Positions 18,638-27,490 of a DNA stretch of 46,142 nucleotides are shown here, piece after piece. A model generated the notes under the pieces. The model searched no databases. It saw nothing but the letters and a program-made list of their open reading frames with translations, and was not told the origin of the DNA. A program made the translations under genes and the position numbers. The stretch is from a virus (Duplodnaviria > Caudoviricetes), in IMG/VR virus record IMGVR_UViG_3300032320_001458, positions 1 to 46,142 of that record; one strand, given 5' to 3'. Every line of letters begins with the position of its first letter. Positions within the stretch are counted from its first letter, which is position 1.

Positions 18638-18907
18638 ATGGATAATATTGGCGAGTTAATTGGTAAATATGGATTTCCAATTATTGCCGCATTTGGTATG
18701 GGTGGATTAATATATTATGTTTGGAATTGGGTCACAAAAGAAGTCAAACCTGTTATAAGTGATTCAAATGCAATTCTTATTGCTCTTATTGATCGCATTC
18801 GTGTTCTTGACAATGATCTTATTCGGTTAAATCAAAAAATAGATACAGTTCTACAATTACGTGGAAGAACCATAGAAAAAGAAAGGATTGATCAGAGAGA
18901 GAATTGA
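18638..18907 (+). CDS. YvrJ-like single-TM coiled-coil protein, paralog of 18001
   Basis: KYGFPIIAA; LIDRIRVLDNDLIRL aligns with LDSRVDVMNNEVQRI. Confidence 0.65.
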   Translation: MDNIGELIGKYGFPIIAAFGMGGLIYYVWNWVTKEVKPVISDSNAILIALIDRIRVLDNDLIRLNQKIDTVLQLRGRTIEKERIDQREN

Positions 18908-19080
18908 TTTTTAAGATATTGTTTTACTCGTTCTGGATCATCCGCATACATTTCTAAAGGCGTTATCATATCAAACGCTTTATTTTTGGTTACCCACCAT
19001 CGTTCTACCAATGCTTCTTTACCTAAGAGAGACATTAGTAGTTCGTGATATGCTTCTTTTAATCCTGTTGGATGATTCAT
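18892..19080 (-). CDS. Small protein, MbcA/ParS C-terminal-like
   Basis: WW...NKAF....PLE pattern; likely start MNHPT. Confidence 0.45.
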   Translation of the reverse strand: MNHPTGLKEAYHELLMSLLGKEALVERWWVTKNKAFDMITPLEMYADDPERVKQYLKNQFSL

Positions 19081-19289
19081 TTTAATAACTCCAATGTTAT
19101 TCCAAAACATTTGTAACATAACCATCTTTGAAATCTATTAGGTGCGTTTTTAGTGTAAAACTGAATATGAAAGTTACTGTCATCACCAAAATATATTTTC
19201 AAATTTGGTGTAAGTGTAGGTTGTTGTCTGAATGCCGATTCTGTGAATTGATATTCGAGGGTTTCGTTTAATTTAAATCTCCCATCCAT
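19077..19289 (-). CDS. Hypothetical protein
   Basis: 70-aa ORF in operon. Confidence 0.6.
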   Translation of the reverse strand: MDGRFKLNETLEYQFTESAFRQQPTLTPNLKIYFGDDSNFHIQFYTKNAPNRFQRWLCYKCFGITLELLK

Positions 19290-19290
19290 G

Positions 19291-19935
19291 TTATTTCTCC
19301 ATCAATCTATTAACAAAATTCAATAATAATTCATGATGGCGAAATTCATGCCAATATGCATTCATGTAAGATTGTCTGTACCATGAAAATGTAGATTCTG
19401 GATGACAACCAATTAAACCAATTCGATTTTGTATGATTGCCATTGCATCACCGTTTGCATAGGTTGCAATAACTTCTTTTTTACGTTCTCCACCGATCAT
19501 AGCACAACCATCATAAAAATACATATTTTCTAGATTGTCGTTCCATTTCACTTCAGCAACAGTAGCATAACTTCTTTTTATCTCAGAAGTATCTCTTTTA
19601 ATATATTGTACTGCTTTAATGCCATTTAATAGATTAAAATAATGTTTTGAAGCCCAATATGCACCCATGCAGATACCTAGATATCTACCACCTTTCTCCA
19701 CATATTCTGAAATAATATCAATATGCTTAGTTTTAAATATCGTATCAAAAGAATCGCTATCGCCTATTCCACCAGGAAACGCAATGATATCAGATTTTTT
19801 AATTGTGTTTAAAGTAAGATTATCATTAGTAAAAAATTTAATACTATAATCGTTAGACAATGCCTCATACATTCCAGCACCACATATGATGGAACATTCA
19901 GGATCATTGATGAATAACGATAATCTAGGTTTCAT
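19291..19935 (-). CDS. BPL_N-like class I glutamine amidotransferase-fold protein
   Basis: FPGG, YLGICMGAY, HPE triad motifs. Confidence 0.85.
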   Translation of the reverse strand: MKPRLSLFINDPECSIICGAGMYEALSNDYSIKFFTNDNLTLNTIKKSDIIAFPGGIGDSDSFDTIFKTKHIDIISEYVEKGGRYLGICMGAYWASKHYFNLLNGIKAVQYIKRDTSEIKRSYATVAEVKWNDNLENMYFYDGCAMIGGERKKEVIATYANGDAMAIIQNRIGLIGCHPESTFSWYRQSYMNAYWHEFRHHELLLNFVNRLMEK

Positions 19936-20216
19936 GTTTTACCATATTCTTTCATAAATTCTTGTAATGGAATATCTCTCATCAATGTTGAATTGGCCCA
20001 TCGATCAAAATCTTCAATTGGTTCGGATACATCAACAACCCATGTTGAATCTGGTCCATTGTTTCTTACTCGATAATATTTATTCTTAGAATAAAAAACT
20101 CCAGATCCATACTTCATTACATTACGCCAACTTTGTGAATATGTCGTTTTAAATCCGTTTAATTTGAACCAAGTTTTAATATCACTTTTTGTCATTTTAT
20201 CAAAATCTTTTTTCAT
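19932..20216 (-). CDS. Hypothetical protein
   Basis: Likely start MKKDFDK just after the upstream stop. Confidence 0.6.
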   Translation of the reverse strand: MKKDFDKMTKSDIKTWFKLNGFKTTYSQSWRNVMKYGSGVFYSKNKYYRVRNNGPDSTWVVDVSEPIEDFDRWANSTLMRDIPLQEFMKEYGKT

Positions 20217-20217
20217 A

Positions 20218-20847
20218 TTAGTCCCACAATGCACCATAGTATTTACCAAACAACCGCATACCATTGTCAATTTTTTGTTGATGTGTTTTCATACCTTCAT
20301 AATCAACCTTAAACGTATCATTTGGTCCATGTTTCATCTCTTTGCAATCAGGATGATCTTTAGACTGTACCCAAATGATGTCATGCACACCAGACTCGTA
20401 TTGTTTTTCCCATTCATTGTCTGGATGCAATTGTTGAAAAGACCAAATGATTTCATTTAGAACCCATTCCCAACGAGATTCTGCCATGGCGTCCATATCC
20501 CACTCATTCTCTTTAGGTGGTGCATTAGTAGACCGAATCGATTCAGGAACATCTTCATCATCAACAAGTGCATACCCATGCTTACATTCTTTTAATTTAA
20601 TAAGCATAGGCAACGCAATCATTGCAAGTGTATCATTCATGTTCCATACATCAAAGTTATCAATATGGATCGACACTTTACGCTTACGCTTTGAATGAAT
20701 CCACTCACATAGATCATTCAATTTAGTATTGGAAAGATATTCACCGATCGAAAAACACCGATCCTCAGATACGCCAACCTTTTGAAGAAGATCGGCAATC
20801 TGATACGGACCCCACCATTTATTGTATGGACCAATATGAATCTTCAT
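20218..20847 (-). CDS. Conserved phage hypothetical protein
   Basis: D.W.M..TLA.I.LPML, W.WVL.EII..F, G.RLFGKYY..LWD. Confidence 0.75.
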   Translation of the reverse strand: MKIHIGPYNKWWGPYQIADLLQKVGVSEDRCFSIGEYLSNTKLNDLCEWIHSKRKRKVSIHIDNFDVWNMNDTLAMIALPMLIKLKECKHGYALVDDEDVPESIRSTNAPPKENEWDMDAMAESRWEWVLNEIIWSFQQLHPDNEWEKQYESGVHDIIWVQSKDHPDCKEMKHGPNDTFKVDYEGMKTHQQKIDNGMRLFGKYYGALWD

Positions 20848-20945
20848 TATATTCTCTTATTTAAGATGAAACCTTTAGTATAGGCTAGAAGTGCTTTCGC
20901 ACTCCTAACCATTTGTTTAAGATAATACTTACGATATGTTGTCAT
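20847..20945 (-). CDS. 32-aa basic peptide MTTYRKYYLKQMVRSAKALLAYTKGFILNKRI
   Basis: TAATG overlaps at both ends; absent from the ORF track. Confidence 0.5.
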   Translation of the reverse strand: MTTYRKYYLKQMVRSAKALLAYTKGFILNKRI

Positions 20946-22138
20946 TAAAAAGGAATATCATTATCTTCAGTTTCAACCACTGAAGGTGTTGTATTTGCAG
21001 TCATTTCGACTTTAGCATCAACTTTAGAGTATAGATCAAGAAATGCGTTTTTAGTTTCTTCATCAAACCGATTAACACAAAGTGTAATTGCTTTCATGCG
21101 ATCTTTAAAGATTTCATATGCTTTTGCAATATGCACCAAACGGCGTGTCGAAATCAATTCATCCGTTGCACCTTGTTTATATGATTGCCGAACAACATCA
21201 GCCCATTGTACAAGATTATCAACGAAATCTTTATCTGCAATCAATGGAGTAAGAATTTTCTTTTCAACAGAAGTTGAAGGATATTCTTGTTCAACAGTAA
21301 TAGGAAAACGCTCAAGGAAAGCAGAATCTAGAATTTGTGCTAGATATTTACCTTCATCAGATCCAGTACCTTTAGTATTTGCAGTAGCAATTACATTAAA
21401 ACCAGAAGCAGGTTTTACAACTTCGCCAGTCTTTTTATTGTAGTATGCTTTACCTTCAAGAATACCTTGCAAACACATAAGTTTATTAGAACCGCGATCT
21501 ACTTCATCAATAAGAAGAACAGCACCGCGTTTCATTGCAAGTAAAACTGGACCATCACGATTAACGACATTGCCGTCAATAAGAGTAGGACCACCAAGAA
21601 GATCTGATTCATCCGTTTCAATAGAGATATTGACGCGAATACATTCACGATTCAATTCTGCACAAACCTGTTCGACCATTAGCGTTTTACCATTACCTGA
21701 ATGACCGGTAATAAAAACAGGATAAAAGATTTTAGATTTAACGATACTATTCAAGTCTTTGAAGAATCCAAATGGAACATAGTCTGGAAACTTTTCTGGA
21801 ATTGCAGAATCGGATTCATCTTTCAATTTATGTTGCCGCAGAGTCAATACTTGAGCAGCCAAATTTACAGTTGTCATAGATTCTTCCTTGTCATTTTGAA
21901 TCGGTGCATCTAACCAATCACTCTTTTTGAAACTACCATCAACAGTAGGCAATTTATAATGACCGCGATTTGCACGATATTGTGCTTTTGTAACTAACCA
22001 GTATGGGTATGCAACATTCTTTTCATCAACCACTTGTTGAATACCATCTCGCGTTAGGATTGCATTTTCACCAAAAAGTTCTTGAGCGGCAGAAATGAAC
22101 GCTTTTGCATTTTTATTCAGCATGATAATCTTTTTCAC
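20945..22138 (-). CDS. cobS: CobS/MoxR-like AAA+ ATPase
   Basis: GHSGNGKT, LLIDEVD, ATANTKG, AFLERF, ISTRRL. Confidence 0.9.
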   Translation of the reverse strand: MKKIIMLNKNAKAFISAAQELFGENAILTRDGIQQVVDEKNVAYPYWLVTKAQYRANRGHYKLPTVDGSFKKSDWLDAPIQNDKEESMTTVNLAAQVLTLRQHKLKDESDSAIPEKFPDYVPFGFFKDLNSIVKSKIFYPVFITGHSGNGKTLMVEQVCAELNRECIRVNISIETDESDLLGGPTLIDGNVVNRDGPVLLAMKRGAVLLIDEVDRGSNKLMCLQGILEGKAYYNKKTGEVVKPASGFNVIATANTKGTGSDEGKYLAQILDSAFLERFPITVEQEYPSTSVEKKILTPLIADKDFVDNLVQWADVVRQSYKQGATDELISTRRLVHIAKAYEIFKDRMKAITLCVNRFDEETKNAFLDLYSKVDAKVEMTANTTPSVVETEDNDIPF

Positions 22139-22179
22139 CTATTTATTACGTTAATTGTTTCGTTTGGACCACAGTATCT

Positions 22180-22229
22180 ATAATAGACGATCTTCACCGA
22201 CCTGTCAACCGTGTTGCTTCCAAACAACA
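22180..22229 (-). promoter_or_regulatory. Sigma70-type promoter for cobS with TGTTG-N8-CAACA box
   Basis: TTGACA-17 bp-TATTAT; box 22212-22229. Confidence 0.8.
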
Positions 22230-22232
22230 AAG

Positions 22233-22240
22233 TATAAATA
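22233..22240 (+). promoter_or_regulatory. T4-type late promoter
   Basis: TATAAATA followed by AGGAG SD and ATG 22265. Confidence 0.8.
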
Positions 22241-22264
22241 AGATAAAATTATAGGAGTTTTTCC

Positions 22265-22984
22265 ATGTTGTCTTTTAAGTCTTTTTTGGCAGAAGGTGTA
22301 CACGATCCCGCTAAATTGAAAGCAATTTTTATTGCTGGTGGACCAGGATCAGGTAAATCCCACGTTGTAAATCACGTTAGAGGCGACTTAGGATTTAAAA
22401 TGGTCAATTCAGATGATGCATTTGAACATGGTATGAAAAAACATGGTTTAGATCCTAAAATGCCTGAACATGAAACAGAAAAACGAGATGAAGTCCGTAA
22501 ACAAGCAAAAAATATAACTGCTAAAAAATCACATCTATATCAACATGGTCGATTGGGTATGGTTATCGACGGTACTGGAAAAGACTTCCATGAAATACAT
22601 AAAAAATCTGAACATCTTAAATCTTTGGGTTATGACACCCATATGCTATTTGTTAATACATCATTAGACGTAGCACATAAAAGAAATAAAAAGAGAGCAA
22701 GAACAGTTCCGGATCACATTGTAGATAAATCATGGCATCAAGTACATAATAACATGGGTAAATTCCAAGATCATTTTGGAAAAGATAACTTTCATGTTAT
22801 TGATAATTCACATGATGGTGTTGATCACCATGCAATCAACAAGTTACATAAGCATATACGAAAAATTGCATCAAGTCAAGTAAAAAATCCTGTTGGTAAA
22901 GATTGGATTAGACGCCAGCAAAAAAGTATTGCAAAAGGCGAGCATAAACCGTTAAATATGCCAAAAAAACAAAAAACAGAATAG
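22265..22984 (+). CDS. Zeta-toxin-like P-loop kinase with putative capsid-targeting N terminus
   Basis: GGPGSGKS, VNSDD, VIDGTG, RN..R.R; N terminus MLSFKSFLAE. Confidence 0.8.
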   Translation: MLSFKSFLAEGVHDPAKLKAIFIAGGPGSGKSHVVNHVRGDLGFKMVNSDDAFEHGMKKHGLDPKMPEHETEKRDEVRKQAKNITAKKSHLYQHGRLGMVIDGTGKDFHEIHKKSEHLKSLGYDTHMLFVNTSLDVAHKRNKKRARTVPDHIVDKSWHQVHNNMGKFQDHFGKDNFHVIDNSHDGVDHHAINKLHKHIRKIASSQVKNPVGKDWIRRQQKSIAKGEHKPLNMPKKQKTE

Positions 22985-23029
22985 TTGTAAAAAAACAACA
23001 CTTGACATTCTTCCGGACCAGTGTACCAT
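22983..23029 (+). promoter_or_regulatory. Boxed early promoter cassette
   Basis: AGTTG-N8-CAACA; TTGACA-16-TACCAT. Confidence 0.75.
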
Positions 23030-23068
23030 TGGCTATGCCAAGCGTGAAACCTACAGGAAGAAATCAAA

Positions 23069-23587
23069 ATGAGTAAAGAATTTCTATTGATGCGTGATGT
23101 TATCTGTCAATATCATCCTAGTTTTATTGAAAGTAAAAAACTACGCAAATTAGGATTAGAACAACCTGAATTGTTTAAAGTAGAAAGACTCGTCGAACAA
23201 TGTATGTCATCGGCAGCATCCGGGGAATATGAGCATATAGATGCTGCTTACGCCGATTTTTCTGATGGTTCAGATAGCAAAACATCTAGTATTTCTTTTA
23301 AATTAAAACCAGGTAAAAAAACTTGTTATTATGGTGAAATTGACGGTGTTTCGAAAGTTACGGGTGGTGAAAAAGCTGGAGCATTGCGTTGTGTAATTTA
23401 TAATCCGCACAAACAAGAGTTAAGATATTATTTTCTTCCTAAATCGATGTGGATTAATAACATAAGAATACATAAAGCGTCAGGAATTGGTAGAATACCT
23501 TTCTCATATAATATTGTTAAAGATATTATTCCTAAATTTGAAGGATATGAGCGCCTTGATTTTGAAGACCTAGCATACGCTAGTTAA
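23069..23587 (+). CDS. Hypothetical protein, possible PD-(D/E)XK-type nuclease
   Basis: 172 aa; E...DFSDGSDSK pattern. Confidence 0.5.
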   Translation: MSKEFLLMRDVICQYHPSFIESKKLRKLGLEQPELFKVERLVEQCMSSAASGEYEHIDAAYADFSDGSDSKTSSISFKLKPGKKTCYYGEIDGVSKVTGGEKAGALRCVIYNPHKQELRYYFLPKSMWINNIRIHKASGIGRIPFSYNIVKDIIPKFEGYERLDFEDLAYAS

Positions 23588-23594
23588 TTATAAC

Positions 23595-23664
23595 TGTTGC
23601 GTGGATGAGACACTTTTGTTGTTTTGATACAACATATTGACTTTCCACCTGGTCAGAGTAAAAT
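23595..23664 (+). promoter_or_regulatory. Boxed early promoter cassette (tandem boxes)
   Basis: Boxes 23595-23612 and 23617-23634; TTGACT-16-TAAAAT. Confidence 0.8.
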
Positions 23665-23804
23665 GGTATACATGATGAAAACGAACACCAAACCACTGAT
23701 CGGCATGGCGCCGAAACCGTTTTGTCGTACACCAATCAAACCTGGTGTTCGGCATACTATTAAAACCAAATACAATCGTAAACCTAAACATAAGGAAGTT
23801 TATT

Positions 23805-24047
23805 ATGGGTAAAATGTCTGAATTGGCATTGGATATTGAAGAATCTCTTTGTGCCGGTGATGATATCGCCGATATTGCCATTCGATACGGTGTTTCTGTT
23901 AATGATGTTCTTAATATTAAAGAGCATATGATGGAATCCATTGATGATTATTATGATGATTCAATGGATGGTGATTTTGATTCTGCTATGGCCTCTGCTG
24001 GTTATGGTACTGATGAGGACTATGGTTATTATGGAGATGATTACTGA
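23805..24047 (+). CDS. Acidic hypothetical protein
   Basis: MGKMSELA start with SD; DDSMDGDFDSAMASAGYGTDEDYG tail. Confidence 0.7.
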   Translation: MGKMSELALDIEESLCAGDDIADIAIRYGVSVNDVLNIKEHMMESIDDYYDDSMDGDFDSAMASAGYGTDEDYGYYGDDY

Positions 24048-24484
24048 TGAAAAAGTCCTTTATTAAACAAGTTCGTGATCTAGCGGACCAGAAGTTTAGT
24101 ATTACAACGATTGCTAATAAACTTGGCAAACCTGTATTGGAAATTTGTGAAGCAATTATGTTGCTCGACACATTGCCTCCGTCAAAGGTAAAACCCGTAA
24201 AAGTACCAAAACAAAAAGTTATTGTACAGAAAAAACCAAAACGTGCAAAATCTATTGCATATCTTTTTCCTCCTGATGTTGCGGATCAAGTAAATGCTAA
24301 ACGGTTTATTGCAAAACCATACAATGAGAATTTTCTAAAATCTGTTACATTTAATTCTATTAAAGAAGCAGTTGATTATTTGAATGAGTTTACTGAGACT
24401 ACAATGCCAGAAAAAGACTGGTCGATGATTGGTAAACTAATGTTTGTTAAGTCTAATGGTACAATAGGTAGGTTAGTATTATAA
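24047..24484 (+). CDS. Hypothetical protein, possible N-terminal HTH
   Basis: SITTIANKLGKP pattern; coupled ORF. Confidence 0.6.
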   Translation: MKKSFIKQVRDLADQKFSITTIANKLGKPVLEICEAIMLLDTLPPSKVKPVKVPKQKVIVQKKPKRAKSIAYLFPPDVADQVNAKRFIAKPYNENFLKSVTFNSIKEAVDYLNEFTETTMPEKDWSMIGKLMFVKSNGTIGRLVL

Positions 24485-24495
24485 AGGAAGAGACG

Positions 24496-24684
24496 ATGAA
24501 TGATGAAAGTCATTTACCTGTAGCAGAACAGAGTCTTGTTTTTCGTTTACGAAAGCGGGCAGAAATACGCAGGCAAATACAAGATAGAAAATCGGTAACA
24601 GAAGGCAAACCAGATAGAATTGCTGATTTACTTGAAGAAGCGGCAGATGAAATAGAAAGGTTGAAAAATGAACGAACGAATTGA
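24496..24684 (+). CDS. Hypothetical protein
   Basis: LVFRLRKRAEIRRQI...DRIADLLEEAADEI. Confidence 0.7.
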   Translation: MNDESHLPVAEQSLVFRLRKRAEIRRQIQDRKSVTEGKPDRIADLLEEAADEIERLKNERTN

Positions 24685-24895
24685 ACAACTTTTAGAGCAG
24701 GCTAGAACAGAGTGTTTTCGGTTTGGCAGTAAACCTGCCACTACTGTAGGCTACGATGAATTAGAAAAGTTTGCCGAGTTGATTGTCAAGGAATGTTTGG
24801 ACATTGTGAATAGACACGAGTACAGTTATCACGAGGCTGATCCACTTTGGGAAACTGCACAACTGATTAAACAACATTTTGGAATTGAATCGTGA
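24668..24895 (+). CDS. Hypothetical protein (MNERI..KFAELIV family)
   Basis: Paralog of 24892 and 28059. Confidence 0.7.
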   Translation: MNERIEQLLEQARTECFRFGSKPATTVGYDELEKFAELIVKECLDIVNRHEYSYHEADPLWETAQLIKQHFGIES

Positions 24896-25134
24896 ACGAA
24901 CGAATTAAACAACTTGCTGAACGGGCTGAATTTTCGAAAAATGAACTACATACTCAAGGTGATAATTTTCAAAGGTTCGCCGAATTGATTATTCAAGATT
25001 GTCTTTCACAAGTTGCAATGATCGGAATTTCAAACTTTGAGGATGATGATTCCGGTGATATTTCTTGGACTGTAGGTAAATGCATTGAAATGATTCAAGT
25101 TAATTTTGATTTAAAAAATAAAAATGTTGTGTAA
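24892..25134 (+). CDS. Hypothetical protein (MNERI..KFAELIV family)
   Basis: Paralog of 24668; GTG start. Confidence 0.7.
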   Translation: MNERIKQLAERAEFSKNELHTQGDNFQRFAELIIQDCLSQVAMIGISNFEDDDSGDISWTVGKCIEMIQVNFDLKNKNVV

Positions 25135-25173
25135 AAACAACACGATTGACCTATTACCAGAACCGAGTAGAAT
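25125..25173 (+). promoter_or_regulatory. Boxed promoter cassette driving the tRNAs
   Basis: TGTTG-N8-CAACA; TTGACC-16-TAGAAT. Confidence 0.8.
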
Positions 25174-25193
25174 AGATTTTGTTGTGATTTTTC

Positions 25194-25270
25194 GGGTCTA
25201 TAACTCAATTGGTCAGAGTATCAGACTTTTAATCTGAGAGTTCCCGGTTCGAGTCCGGGTAGACCCACCA
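25194..25270 (+). tRNA. tRNA-Lys(UUU)
   Basis: Cloverleaf GGGTCTA/TAGACCC; anticodon arm TCAGA-CTTTTAA-TCTGA; GTTCGA; encoded CCA. Confidence 0.96.
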
Positions 25271-25278
25271 TTTTAATA

Positions 25279-25366
25279 GGATAGTTGGCAGAGTGGTTAA
25301 TGCAACGGATTGCTAATCCGTCACCGAGCAATCGGTGCATAGGTTCGAATCCTATACTATCCGCCA
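25279..25366 (+). tRNA. tRNA-Ser(GCU)
   Basis: GGATAGT/ACTATCC stem; GCT anticodon; long variable arm; GCCA end. Confidence 0.95.
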
Positions 25367-25371
25367 TTTTT

Positions 25372-25440
25372 TGTTGTGTAAAAGCAACACTTCTGTTGTT
25401 TGTGTACAACAGTTGACTTCCAGCTGGACCAGAGTAAAAT
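25372..25440 (+). promoter_or_regulatory. Boxed early promoter cassette (tandem boxes)
   Basis: Boxes 25372-25389 and 25394-25411; TTGACT-16-TAAAAT. Confidence 0.85.
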
Positions 25441-25474
25441 AGATCTTGTTGTGAGAGAAAAACAGAGGAAATCG

Positions 25475-25708
25475 ATGAAAGTCGGCGATATTGTGAAGTC
25501 CCTAGACTTCAATGGAATTGATAATTGTTATATGGTTGGTAAAGTTGTCGGTATTCAATACGACGGCCTGTTCCGTGCTAAGTTTATTAAACGTGTATGG
25601 CAAGGTGTAGAGGATAAGAAGTTTAAAACAGACTACTTTACTGCGCCATTGCAGGGTGAACAGTTTATGGATAATTCTGATTCTCCTCGCATTATTGTTC
25701 TCGCCTAA
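25475..25708 (+). CDS. Hypothetical SH3/KOW-like protein
   Basis: MKVGDIVKS start after GAGGA SD. Confidence 0.7.
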   Translation: MKVGDIVKSLDFNGIDNCYMVGKVVGIQYDGLFRAKFIKRVWQGVEDKKFKTDYFTAPLQGEQFMDNSDSPRIIVLA

Positions 25709-25734
25709 TCTATTTTTATTATTCGGAGTTTATT

Positions 25735-26565
25735 ATGCCTAAAGGCGTACCTGCGGCTGGTTTTCGTAAGACTAAAAACACTATTGATCGGATGCAATCG
25801 ATGCAATTGGTTCCTACTGTAGAATCCAAATTCTCTATCAATGAGAGGTTTGGTTTCGTTTCTGACATGGTTACTATGCTATCGCAAGGTAATCAATCGT
25901 CGGTGATTGTATCTGGACCTGGTGGTCTTGGTAAATCTTTTACTGTTATGAACGCACTAAAAAAGTCTGGTCTTAAAGATGTTTCTCTTTTGGACGAGGC
26001 TGATGTTGGTTCTTCGATTAACACGGCTAAAACCTTTCGTGTTATCAAGGGTTATTCTACTCCTAAAGGTTTGTATCGCATTCTTTACGAGAATCGTAAT
26101 TCGGTTGTCGTTTTTGACGATTGCGATTCGGTTCTTAAAGATCCAGTTTCGTTGAATCTACTCAAGGGTGCTCTTGACTCTTATTCGCGCCGTATTATTT
26201 CTTGGCGAGCAGATTTCAAAGACGAGGATCTTCCTAATGTTTTTGAATTCAAAGGTCGTGTTGTTTTTATCTCCAATTTGCCGTCATACGCAATGGATCA
26301 AGCGGTCATTACTCGCTCAATGGCAGTCGATCTTACAATGACCAATATGCAAAAAGTCGAGCGTATGAAATGGTTGTTGGATCAACAAGACTTTATGCCA
26401 GAATTCGGTATGGTGTATAAACTTGATGCAATCAATCTTATTGAAGATTTGGTCGATAAAGTCAAAGAATTGTCGTTGCGCTCATTGATTCAAGTCACTA
26501 ACATTCGCAAAGCAAATCCAAACAACAATTGGAAAAAACTTGCCGAATATGTTCTTACTAATTGA
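25735..26565 (+). CDS. P-loop ATPase (AAA-like)
   Basis: GPGGLGKS, VVVFDDCD, FISN. Confidence 0.8.
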   Translation: MPKGVPAAGFRKTKNTIDRMQSMQLVPTVESKFSINERFGFVSDMVTMLSQGNQSSVIVSGPGGLGKSFTVMNALKKSGLKDVSLLDEADVGSSINTAKTFRVIKGYSTPKGLYRILYENRNSVVVFDDCDSVLKDPVSLNLLKGALDSYSRRIISWRADFKDEDLPNVFEFKGRVVFISNLPSYAMDQAVITRSMAVDLTMTNMQKVERMKWLLDQQDFMPEFGMVYKLDAINLIEDLVDKVKELSLRSLIQVTNIRKANPNNNWKKLAEYVLTN

Positions 26566-26572
26566 GGTTTTT

Positions 26573-26791
26573 ATGAAAAATGGTTTGATTATTTTTTCTT
26601 TGTGTTTTGTAACCGGTTGTTCTTCTTATAAAGTAAAAGGTTACGAGGGGCCTGAGGCAATGCACCGTACGGAAGTTATTCAAGCGGCGCGTGAGTGTAT
26701 TCGGGCTAAAATGAAACCTAATACCGAATATCTAGTAACTAAAACCGATGCGGGAAAAGTTCTTGTTCCTGTCAATGTTCATTGTGACTAA
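26573..26791 (+). CDS. Putative lipoprotein
   Basis: MKNGLIIFSLCFVTGC lipobox-like signal. Confidence 0.6.
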   Translation: MKNGLIIFSLCFVTGCSSYKVKGYEGPEAMHRTEVIQAARECIRAKMKPNTEYLVTKTDAGKVLVPVNVHCD

Positions 26792-26797
26792 ACTAAT

Positions 26798-27259
26798 ATG
26801 ATTGTTGATGTTCTTGCCGATTATGGCATACAACAAAGATTGGCTCAAATTGCAATTATCGGATTTGTTGCTGTTGGTATTATTGGTTATTTTTGGCGTA
26901 TTATCGCCATAGGAGTTATTCTTGTTTCTATTATTTCTATTTTTGCTACAGGTTCTACAAGACCACGCGATACTCCAAAAGTTGATGTTCCAACTTCAAA
27001 TATCCAGACTATAATTCCTAATCAAGATTCAGAAAAATCTGATGAAACAGATCGAGAATCGGATGAAGAATCGGATGAAGAAACAGAAAAAAAACGCGAA
27101 GAAAAAGAATTGGAAGAGTTTATTAAAACACTACCTGTAAACCAAACAAAACCTGTAAAAATAGTTTCAGAGGAACAACAATTCATTAGAGATTGTAAGA
27201 ACTTCGCTATTTACTCTTACAATGAATGTAAAAGAATGTGGATATTGAAACGTGACTAG
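26798..27259 (+). CDS. Hypothetical membrane protein
   Basis: N-terminal TM segments, acidic linker. Confidence 0.65.
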   Translation: MIVDVLADYGIQQRLAQIAIIGFVAVGIIGYFWRIIAIGVILVSIISIFATGSTRPRDTPKVDVPTSNIQTIIPNQDSEKSDETDRESDEESDEETEKKREEKELEEFIKTLPVNQTKPVKIVSEEQQFIRDCKNFAIYSYNECKRMWILKRD

Positions 27260-27455
27260 CCTACAAAAAGAATTGGAAGATCAATTGATTAAACGACAAA
27301 GACAATGGGATGCTGGTGAATATCCTCATTCGGAATCAGTATTCAATGGATCGATGGAATCCGATCGCAGTCTGCTGGCCATAGTGTCGCGGGCCAACAA
27401 CGAAAGTGTTGCTCCGAAGCAACGGTTGACAAAGCGCAAGAACCGAGTAGAATAG
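27252..27455 (+). CDS. Hypothetical protein; 3' end runs through a promoter cassette
   Basis: 67-aa coupled ORF. Confidence 0.5.
   Translation: MTSLQKELEDQLIKRQRQWDAGEYPHSESVFNGSMESDRSLLAIVSRANNESVAPKQRLTKRKNRVE
27385..27453 (+). promoter_or_regulatory. Boxed early promoter cassette (tandem boxes)
   Basis: Boxes 27385-27402 and 27407-27424; TTGACA-16-TAGAAT. Confidence 0.85.
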
Positions 27456-27490
27456 ATTCTGTTGTGACGCAAAACGAACAGGAAATCGAG

